This document shows positions 12,801 to 23,857 of a stretch of DNA of 64,000 nucleotides, piece by piece. Made by a program: the position numbers and the translations under genes. Numbering within the stretch: the first letter of the stretch is position 1; the number at the start of each line of letters is the position of its first letter. The stretch lies in NCBI RefSeq assembly GCF_009914755.1, contig NC_060929.1. One strand, written 5' to 3'. The notes below the pieces were generated by a model, which saw nothing but the letters and a program-made list of their open reading frames with translations, did no database searches and had not been told where the DNA came from. Origin of the DNA: the human T2T-CHM13v2.0 reference genome, Homo sapiens.

Positions 12801-13664
12801 AAAAACTAGACAGAATCATTCTCAGAAACTGCTCTGCGATGTGTGCGTTCAACTCTCAGAGCTTAACTTTTCTTTTCATTCAGCAGTTTGGAAACACTCT
12901 GTTTGTAAAGTCTGCACGTGGATAACTTGACCACTTAGAGGCCTTCGTTGGAAACGGGTTTTTTTCATGTAAGGCTAGACAGAAGAATTCTCAGTAACTT
13001 CCTTGTGTTGTGTGTATTCAACTCACAGAGTTGAACGATCCTTTACACAGAGCAGACTTGTAACACTCTTTTTGTGGAATTTGCAAGTGGAGATTTCAGC
13101 CGCTTTGAAGTCAAAGGTAGAAAAGGAAATATCTTCCTATAAAAACTAGACAGAATGATTCTCAGAAACTCCTTTGTGATGTGTGCGTTCAACTCACAGA
13201 GTTTTACCTTTCTTTTCATAGAGCAGTTAGGAAACACTCTGCTTGTAAAGTCTGCAAGTGGATATTCAGCCCTCTTTGAGGCCTTCGTTGGAAACGGGTT
13301 TTTTTCATATAAGGCTAGACAGAAGAATTCCCAGCAACTTCCTTGTGTTGTGTGTGTTCAACTCACAGAGTTGAACTTTCATTTACACAGAGCAGATTTG
13401 AAACACTCTTTTTGTGGAATTTGCAAGTGGAGATTTCAAGCGCTTTGAGGCCAAAGGCAGAAAAGGAAATATCTTCGTATAAAAACTAGACAGAATCATT
13501 CTCAGAAACTGCTCTGCGATGTGTGCGTTCAACTCTCAGAGTTTAACTTTTCTTTTCATTCAGCAGTTTGGAAACACTCTGTTTGTAAAGTCTGCACGTG
13601 GATATTTTGACCACTTAGAGGCCTTCGTTGGAAACGGGTTTTTTTCCTGTAAGGCTAGACAGAA
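6871..13664 (+). repeat. Tandem duplication of a 20-mer variant A-B-C-(D-E)x3-D' (2 x 3397 bp)
   Basis: ORF-track markers recur at +3397 (6960/10357, 8400/11797, 9758/13155). Shared private variants include CCTTAGTTTT, GAAGCGTTCG, the shortened T-run and GAGCTTAAC. Confidence 0.92.
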
Positions 13665-16382
13665 GAATTCCCAGTAACTTCCTTGTGTTGTGTACATTCA
13701 ACTCACAGAGTTGAACGTTCCCTTAGACAGAGCAGATTTGAAACACTCTTTTTGTGCAATTGGCAAGTGGAGATTTCAAGCGCTTTAAGGTCAATGGCAG
13801 AAAAGGAAATATCTTCGTTTCAAAACTAGACAGAATCATTCCCACAAACTGCGTTGTGATGTGTTCGTTCATCTCACAGAGTTTAACCTTTCTTTTCATA
13901 GAGCAGTTAGGAAACACTCTGTTTGTAAATTCTGTAAGTGGATATTCTGACATCTTGTGGCCTTCGTTGGAAACGGGATTTCTTCATATTCTGCTAGACA
14001 GAAGAATTCTCAGAATCTTCCTTGTGTTGTGTGTATTCAACTCACACAGTTGAACGATGGTTTACACAGAGCAGATTTGAAACACTCTTTTTGTGGAATT
14101 TGCAAGTGGAGATTTCAGCCGCTTTGAGGTCAATGGTAGAAAAGGAAATATCTTCGTATAAAAACTAGACAGAATGATTCTCAGAAACTTCTTTGTGATG
14201 TGTGCGTTCAACTCACAGAGTTTAACCTTTCTTTTCATAGAGCAGTTAGGAAACACTCTGTTTGTAAACTCTGCAAGAGGATATTCAGACCTCTTTGAGG
14301 CCTTCGTTGGAAACGGGATTTCTTCATACTGTGCTAGACAGAAGAATTCTCAGTAACTTCCTTGTGTTGTGTGTATTCAACTCACAGAGTTGAACGATCC
14401 TTTACACAGAGCAGACTTGAAACACTCTTTTTGTGGAATTTGCAAGTGGAGATTTCAGCCGCGTTGAGGTCAATGGTAGAAAAGGAAATATCTTCGTATA
14501 AAAACTAGACAGAATGATTCTCAGAAACTCCTTTGAGATGTGTGTGTTCAACTCACAGAGTTTAACCTTTCTTTTCATAGAGCAGTTAGGAATCACACTG
14601 TTTGTAAAGTCTGCAAGTGGATATTCAGACCTCTTTGAGGCCTTCGTTGGAAACGGGTTTTTTTCATATAAGGCTAGAGAGAAGAATTCCCAGTAACTTC
14701 CTTGTGTTGTGTGTGTTCAACTCACAGAGTTGAACTTTCATTTACACAGAGCAGATTTGAAACTCTCTTTTTGTGGAATTTGCAAGTGGAGATTTCAAGC
14801 GCTGTGAGGCCAAAGGCAGAAAAGGAAATATCTTCGTATAAAAACTAGACAGAATCATTCTCAGAAACTGCTCTGCGATGTGTGCGTTCAACTCTCAGAG
14901 TTTAACTTTTCTTTTCATTCAGCAGTTTGGAAACACTCTGTTTGTAAAGTCTGCACGTGGATAATTTGACCACTTAGAGGCCTTCGTTGGAAACGGGTTT
15001 TTTTCATGTAAGGCTAGACAGAAGAATTCTCAGTAACTTCCTTGTGTTGTGTGTATTCAACTCACAGAGTTGAACGATCCTTTACACAGAGCAGACTTGT
15101 AACACTCTTTTTGTGGAATTTGCAAGTGGAGATTTCAGCCGCTTTGAAGTCAAATGTAGAAAAGGAAATATCTTCCTATAAAAACTAGACAGAATGATTC
15201 TCAGAAACTCCTTTGTGATGTGTGCGTTCAACTCACAGAGTTTAACCTTTCTTTTCATAGAGCAGTTAGGAAACACTCTGTTTGTAAAGTCTGCAAGTGG
15301 ATATTCAGACCTCTTTGAGGCCTTCGTTGGAAACGGGTTTTTTTCATATAAGGCTAGACAGAAGAATTCCCAGTAACTTCCTTGTGTTGTGTGTGTTCAA
15401 CTCACAGAGTTGAACTTTGATTTACACAGAGCAGATTTGAAACACTCTTTTTGTGGAATTTGCAAGTGGAGATTTCAAGCGCTTTGAGGCCAAAGGCAGA
15501 AAAGGAAATATCTTCGTATAAAAACTAGACAGAATCATTCTCAGAAACTGCTCTGTGATGTGTGCGTTCAACTCTCAGAGTTTAACTTCTCTTTTCATTC
15601 AGCAGTTTGGAAACACTCTGTTTGTAAAGTCTGCACGTGGATAATTTGACCACTTAGAGGCCTTCGTTGGAAACGGGTTTTTTTCATGTAAGGCTAGACA
15701 GAAGAGTTCTCAGTAACTTCCTTGTGTTGTGTGTATTCAACTCACAGAGTTGAACGATCCTTTACACAGAGCAGACTTGTAACACTCTTTTTGTGGAATT
15801 TGCAAGTGGAGATTTCAGCCGCTTTGAAGTCAAAGTAGAAAAGGAAATATCTTCCTATAAAAACTAGACAGAATGATTCTCAGAAACTCCTTTGTGATGT
15901 GTGCGTTCAACTCACAGAGTTTAACCTTTCTTTTCATAGAGCAGTTAGGAAACACTCTGCTTGTAAAGTCTGCAAGTGGATATTCAGCCCTCTTTGAGGC
16001 CTTCGTTGGAAACGGGTTTTTTTCATATAAGGCTAGACAGAAGAATTCCCAGTAACTTCCTTGTGTTGTGTGTGTTCAACTCACAGAGTTGAACTTTGAT
16101 TTACACAGAGCAGATTTGAAACACTCTTTTTGTGGAATTTGCAAGTGGAGATTTCAAGCGCTTTGAGGCCAAAGGCAGAAAAGGAAATATCTTCGTATAA
16201 AAACTAGACAGAATCATTCTCAGAAACTGCTCTGCGATGTGTGCGTTCAACTCTCAGAGTTTAACTTTTCTTTTCATTCAGCAGTTTGGAAACACTCTGT
16301 TTGTAAAGTCTGCACGTGGATATTTTGACCACTTAGAGGCCTTCGTTGGAAACGGGTTTTTTTCCTGTAAGGCTAGACAGAA

Positions 16383-18081
16383 GAATTCCCAGTAACTTCC
16401 TTGTGTTGTGTACATTCAACTCACAGAGTTGAACGTTCCCTTAGACAGAGCAGATTTGAAACACTCTTTTTGTGCAATTGGCAAGTGGAGATTTCAAGCG
16501 CTTTAAGGTCAATGGCAGAAAAGGAAATATCTTCGTTTCAAAACTAGACAGAATCATTCCCACAAACTGCGTTGTGATGTGTTCGTTCATCTCACAGAGT
16601 TTAACCTTTCTTTTCATAGAGCAGTTAGGAAACACTCTGTTTGTAAATTCTGTAAGTGGATATTCTGACATCTTGTGGCCTTCGTTGGAAACGGGATTTC
16701 TTCATATTCTGCTAGACAGAAGAATTCTCAGAATCTTCCTTGTGTTGTGTGTATTCAACTCACACAGTTGAACGATGGTTTACACAGAGCAGATTTGAAA
16801 CACTCTTTTTGTGGAATTTGCAAGTGGAGATTTCAGCCGCGTTGAGGTCAATGGTAGAAAAGGAAATATCTTCGTATAAAAACTAGACAGCATGATTCTC
16901 AGAAACTCCTTTGTGATGTGTGTGTTCAACTCACAGAGTTTAACCTTTCTTTTCATAGAGCAGTTAGGAAACACTCTGTTTGTAAAGTCTGCAAGTGGAT
17001 ATTCAGACCTCTTTGAGGCCTTCGTTGGAAACGGGTTTTTTTCATATAAGGCTAGACAGAAGAATTCCCAGTAACTTCCTTGTGTTGTGTGTGTTCAACT
17101 CACAGAGTTGAACTTTCATTTACACAGAGCAGATTTGAAACACTCTTTTTGTGGAATTTGCAGGTGGAGATTTCAAGCGCTTTGAGGCCAAAGGCAGAAA
17201 AGGAAATATCTTCGTATAAAAACTAGACAGAATCATTCTCAGAAACTGCTCTGCGATGTGTGCGTTCAACTCTCAGAGTTTAACTTTTCTTTTCATTCAG
17301 CAGTTTGGAAACACTCTGTTTGTAAAGTCTGCACGTGGATAACTTGACCACTTAGAGGCCTTCGTTGGAAACGGGTTTTTTTCATGTAAGGCTAGACAGA
17401 AGAATTCTCAGTAACTTCCTTGTGTTGTGTGTATTCAACTCACAGAGTTGAACGATCCTTTACACAGAGCAGACTTGTAACACTCTTTTTGTGGAATTTG
17501 CAAGTGGAGATTTCAGCCGCTTTGAAGTCAAAGGTAGAAAAGGAAATATCTTCCTATAAAAACTAGACAGAATGATTCTCAGAAACTCCTTTGTGATGTG
17601 TGCGTTCAACTCACAGAGTTTTACCTTTCTTTTCATAGAGCAGTTAGGAAACACTCTGCTTGTAAAGTCTGCAAGTGGATATTCAGCCCTCTTTGAGGCC
17701 TTCGTTGGAAACGGGTTTTTTTCATATAAGGCTAGATAGAAGAATTCCCAGTAACTTCCTTGTGTTGTGTGTGTTCAACTCACAGAGTTGAACTTTCATT
17801 TACACAGAGCAGATTTGAAACACTCTTTTTGTGGAATTTGCAAGTGGAGATTTCAAGCGCTTTGAGGCCAAAGGCAGAAAAGGAAATATCTTCGTATAAA
17901 AACTAGACAGAATCATTCTCAGAAACTGCTCTGCGATGTGTGCGTTCAACTCTCAGAGTTTAACTTTTCTTTTCATTCAGCAGTTTGGAAACACTCTGTT
18001 TGTAAAGTCTGCACGTGGATATTTTGACCACTTAGAGGCCTTCGTTGGAAACGGGTTTTTTTCCTGTAAGGCTAGACAGAA
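16383..18081 (+). repeat. 10-mer variant A-[B/C hybrid]-D-E-D' (1699 bp; also 20121-21819, 40164-41862, 43902-45600)
   Basis: The second dimer starts B-type (AACGATGGTT, GATTTGAAAC), continues C-type (GCCGCGTTG, AAACTCCTTT) and has the private variant GACAGCATG. Confidence 0.85.
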
Positions 18082-20120
18082 GAATTCCCAGTAACTTCCT
18101 TGTGTTGTGTACATTCAACTCACAGAGTTGAACGTTCCCTTAGACAGAGCAGATTTGAAACACTCTTTTTGTGCAATTGGCAAGTGGAGATTTCAAGCGC
18201 TTTAAGGTCAATGGCAGAAAAGGAAATATCTTCGTTTCAAAACTAGACAGAATCATTCCCACAAACTGCGTTGTGATGTGTTCGTTCATCTCACAGAGTT
18301 TAACCTTTCTTTTCATAGAGCAGTTAGGAAACACTCTGTTTGTAAATTCTGTAAGTGGATATTCTGACATCTTGTGGCCTTCGTTGGAAACGGGATTTCT
18401 TCATATTCTGCTAGACAGAAGAATTCTCAGAATCTTCCTTGTGTTGTGTGTATTCAACTCACACAGTTGAACGATGGTTTACACAGAGCAGATTTGAAAC
18501 ACTCTTTTTGTGGAATTTGCAAGTGGAGATTTCAGCCGCTTTGAGGTCAATGGTAGAAAAGGAAATATCTTCGTATAAAAACTAGACAGAATGATTCTCA
18601 GAAACTTCTTTGTGATGTGTGCGTTCAACTCACAGAGTTTAACCTTTCTTTTCATAGAGCAGTTAGGAAACACTCTGTTTGTAAACTCTGCAAGTGGATA
18701 TTCAGACCTCTTTGAGGCCTTCGTTGGAAACGGGATTTCTTCATACTGTGCTAGACAGAAGAATTCTCAGTAACTTCCTTGTGTTGTGTGTATTCAACTC
18801 ACAGAGTTGAACGATCCTTTACACAGAGCAGACTTGAAACACTCTTTTTGTGGAATTTGCAAGTGGAGATTTCAGCCGCGTTGAGGTCAATGGTAGAAAA
18901 GGAAATATCTTCGTATAAAAACTAGACAGAATGATTCTCAGAAACTCCTTTGAGATGTGTGTGTTCAACTCACAGAGTTTAACCTTTCTTTTCATAGAGC
19001 AGTTAGGAATCACACTGTTTGTAAAGTCTGCAAGTGGATATTCAGACCTCTTTGAGGCCTTCGTTGGAAACGGGTTTTTTTCATATAAGGCTAGAGAGAA
19101 GAATTCCCAGTAACTTCCTTGTGTTGTGTGTGTTCAACTCACAGAGTTGAACTTTCATTTACACAGAGCAGATTTGAAACACTCTTTTTGTGGAATTTGC
19201 AAGTGGAGATTTCAAGCGCTGTGAGGCCAAAGGCAGAAAAGGAAATATCTTCGTATAAAAACTAGACAGAATCATTTTCAGAAACTGCTCTGCGATGTGT
19301 GCGTTCAACTCTCAGAGTTTAACTTTTCTTTTCATTCAGCAGTTTGGAAACACTCTGTTTGTAAAGTCTGCACGTGGATAATTTGACCACTTAGAGGCCT
19401 TCGTTGGAAACGGGTTTTTTTCATGTAAGGCTAGACAGAAGAATTCTCAGTAACTTCCTTGTGTTGTGTGTATTCAACTCACAGAGTTGAACGATCCTTT
19501 ACACAGAGCAGACTTGTAACACTCTTTTTGTGGAATTTGCAAGTGGAGATTTCAGCCGCTTTGAAGTCAAAGGTAGAAAAGGAAATATCTTCCTATAAAA
19601 ACTAGACAGAATGATTCTCAGAAACTCCTTTGTGATGTGTGCGTTCAACTCACAGAGTTTAACCTTTCTTTTCATAGAGCAGTTAGGAAACACTCTGCTT
19701 GTAAAGTCTGCAAGTGGATATTCAGCCCTCTTTGAGGCCTTCGTTGGAAACGGGTTTTTTTCATATAAGGCTAGACAGAAGAATTCCCAGTAACTTCCTT
19801 GTGTTGTGTGTGTTCAACTCACAGAGTTGAACTTTGATTTACACATAGCAGATTTGAAACACTCTTTTTGTGGAATTTGCAAGTGGACATTTCAAGCGCT
19901 TTGAGGCCAAAGGCAGAAAAGGAAATATCTTCGTATAAAAACTAGACAGAATCATTCTTAGAAACTGCTCTGCGATGTGTGCGTTCAACTCTCAGAGTTT
20001 AACTTTTCTTTTCATTCAGCAGTTTGGAAACACTCTGTTTGTAAAGTCTGCACGTGGATATTTTGACCACTTAGAGGCCTTCGTTGGAAACGGGTTTTTT
20101 TCCTGTAAGGCTAGACAGAA
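18082..20120 (+). repeat. Representative canonical 12-mer HOR A-B-C-D-E-D' (2039 bp)
   Basis: 2038-2039 bp is the most frequent spacing between A dimers (9 of 26 intervals). Dimer order was read from diagnostic motifs. Confidence 0.85.
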
Positions 20121-23100
20121 GAATTCCCAGTAACTTCCTTGTGTTGTGTACATTCAACTCACAGAGTTGAACGTTCCCTTAGACAGAGCAGATTTGAAAC
20201 ACTCTTTTTGTGCAATTAGCAAGTGGAGATTTCAAGCGCTTTAAGGTCAATGGCAGAAAAGGAAATATCTTCGTTTCAAAACTAGACAGAATCATTCCCA
20301 CAAACTGCGTTGTGATGTGTTCGTTCATCTCACAGAGTTTAACCTTTCTTTTCATAGAGCAGTTAGGAAACACTCTGTTTGTAAATTCTGTAAGTGGATA
20401 TTCTGACATCTTGTGGCCTTCGTTGGAAACGGGATTTCTTCATATTCTGCTAGACAGAAGAATTCTCAGAATCTTCCTTGTGTTGTGTGTATTCAACTCA
20501 CACAGTTGAACGATGGTTTACACAGAGCAGATTTGAAACACTCTTTTTGTGGAATTTGCAAGTGGAGATTTCAGCCGCGTTGAGGTCAATGGTAGAAAAG
20601 GAAATATCTTCGTATAAAAACTAGACAGCATGATTCTCAGAAACTCCTTTGTGATGTGTGTGTTCAACTCACAGAGTTTAACCTTTCTTTTCATAGAGCA
20701 GTTAGGAAACACTCTGTTTGTAAAGTCTGCAAGTGGATATTCAGACCTCTTTGAGGCCTTCGTTGGAAACGGGTTTTTTTCATATAAGGCTAGACAGAAG
20801 AATTCCCAGTAACTTCCTTGTGTTGTGTGTGTTCAACTCACAGAGTTGAACTTTCATTTACACAGAGCAGATTTGAAACACTCTTTTTGTGGAATTTGCA
20901 AGTGGAGATTTCAAGCGCTTTGAGGCCAAAGGCAGAAAAGGAAATATCTTCCTATAAAAACTAGACAGAATCATTCTCAGAAACTGCTCTGCGATGTGTG
21001 TGTTCAACTCTCAGAGTTTAACTTTTCTTTTCATTCAGGAGTTTGGAAATACTCTGTTTGTAAAGTCTGCACGTGGATAATTTGACCACTTAGAGGCCTT
21101 CGTTGGAAACGGGTTTTTTTCATGTAAGGCTAGACAGAAGAATTCTCAGTAACTTCCTTGTGTTGTGTGTATTCAACTCACAGAGTTGACCGATCCTTTA
21201 CACAGAGCAGACTTGTAACACTCTTTTTGTGGAATTTGCAAGTGGAGATTTCAGCCGCTTTGAAGTCAAAGGTAGAAAAGGAAATATCTTCCTATAAAAA
21301 CTAGACAGAATGATTCTCAGAAACTCCTTTGTGATGTGTGCGTTCAACTCACAGAGTTTAACCTTTCTTTTCATAGAGCAGTTAGGAAACACTCTGTTTG
21401 TAAAGTCTGCAAGTGGATATTCAGACCTCTTTGAGGCCTTCGTTGGAAACGGGTTTTTTTCATATAAGGCTAGACGGAAGAATTCCCAGTAACTTCCTTG
21501 TGTTGTGTGTGTTCAATTCACAGAGTTGAACTTTGATTTACACAGAGCAGATTTGAAACACTCTTTTTGTGGAATTTGCAAGTGGAGATTTCAAGCGCTT
21601 TGAGGCCAAAGGCAGAAAAGGAAATATCTTCGTATAAAAACTATACAGAATCATTCTCAGAAACTGCTCTGTGATGTGTGCGTTCAACTCTCAGAGTTTA
21701 ACTTTTCTTTTCATTCAGCAGTTTGGAAACACTCTGTTTGTAAAGTCTGCACGTGGATATTTTGACCACTTAGAGGCCTTCGTTGGAAACGGGTTTTTTT
21801 CCTGTAAGGCTAGACAGAAGAATTCCCAGTAACTTCCTTGTGTTGTGTACATTCAACTCACAGAGTTGAACGTTCCCTTAGAAAGAGCAGATTTGAAACA
21901 CTCTTTTTGTGCAATTGGCAAGTGGAGATTTCAAGCGATTTAAGGTCAATGGCAGAAAAGGAAATATCTTCGTTTCAAAACTAGACAGAATCATTCCCAC
22001 AAACTGCGTTGTGATGTGTTCGTTCAACTCACAGAGTTTAACCTTTCTTTTCATAGAGCAGTTAGGAAACAGTCTGTTTGTAAATTCTGTAAGTGGATAT
22101 TCTGACATCTTGTGGCCTTCGTTGGAAACGGGATTTCTTCATATTCTGCTAGACAGAAGAATTCTCAGAATCTTCCTTGTGTTGTGTGTATTCAACTCAC
22201 AGAGTTGAACGATGGTTTACACAGAACAGATTTGAAACACTCTTTTTGTGGAATTTGCAAGTGGAGATTTCAGCCGCTTTGAGGTCCATGGTAGAAAAGG
22301 AAATATCTTCGTGTAAAAACTAGACAGAATGATTCTCAGAAACTTCTTTGTGATGTGTGCGTTCAACTCACAGAGTTTAACCTTTCTTTTCATAGAGCAG
22401 TTAGGAAACACTCTGTTTGTAAACTCTGCAAGTGGATATACAGACCTCTTTGAGGCCTTCGTTGGAAACGGGATTTCTTCATACTGTGCTAGACAGAAGA
22501 ATTCTCAGTAACTTCCTTGTGTTGTGTGTATTCAACTCACAGAGTTGAACGATCCTTTACACAGAGCGGACTTGAAACACTCTTTTTGTGGAATTTGCAA
22601 GTGGAGATTTCAGGCGCGTTGAGGTCAATGGTAGAAAAGGAAATATCTTCGTATAAAAACTAGACAGAATGATTCTCAGAAACTCCTTTGTGATGTGTGT
22701 GTTCAACTCACAGAGTTTAACCTTTCTTTTCATAGAGCAGTTAGGAAACACTCTGTTTGTAAAGTCTGCAAGTGGATATTCAGACCTCTTTGAGGCCTTC
22801 GTTGGAAACGGGTTTTTTTCATAGAAGGCTAGACAGAAGAATTCCCAGTAACTTCCTTGTGTTGTGTGTGTTCAACTCACAGAGTTGAACTTTCATTTAC
22901 ACAGAGCAGATTTGAAACACTCTTTTTCTGGAATTTGCAAGTGGAGATTTCAAGCGCTTTGAGGCCAAAGGCAGAAAAGGAAATATCTTCGTATAAAAAC
23001 TAGACAGAATCATTCTCAGAAACTGCTCTGCGATGTGTGTGTTCAACTCTCAGAGTTTAACTTTTCTTTTCATTCAGCAGTTTGGAAACACTCTGTTTGT

Positions 23101-23857
23101 AAAGTCTGCACGTGGATAATTTGACCACTTAGAGGCCTTCGTTGGAAACGGGTTTTTTTCAGTAAGGCTAGATAGAAGAATTCTCAGTAACTTCCTTGTG
23201 TTGTGTGTATTCAACTCACAGAGTTGAACGATCCTTTACACAGAGCAGACTTGTAACACTCTTTTTGTGGAATTTGCAAGTGGAGATTTCAGCCGCTTTG
23301 AAGTCAAAGGTAGAAAAGGAAATATCTTCCTATAAAAATTAGACAGAATGATTCTCAGAAACTCCTTTGTGATGTGTGCGTTCAACTCACAGAGTTTAAC
23401 CTTTCTTTTCATAGAGCAGTTGGGAAACACTCTGTTTGTAAAGTCTGCAAGTGGATATTCAGACCTCTTTGAGGCCTTCGTTGGAAACGGGTTTTTTTCA
23501 TATAAGGCTAGACAGAAGAATTCCCAGTAACTTCCTTGTGTTGTGTGTGTTCAACTCACAGAGTTGAACTTTGATTTACACAGAGCAGATTTGAAACACT
23601 CCTTTTGTGGAATTTGCAAGTGGAGATTTCAAGCGCTTTGAGGCCAAAGGCAGAAAAGGAAATATCTTCGTATAAAAACTAGACAGAATCATTCTCAGAA
23701 ACTGCTCTGCAATGTGTGCGTTCAACTCTCAGAGTTTAACTTTTCTTTTCATTCAGCAGTTTGTAAACACTCTGTTTGTAAAGTCTGCACGTCGATGTTT
23801 TGACCACTTAGAGGCCTTCGTTGGAAACGGGTTTTTTTCCTGTAACGCTAGACAGAA

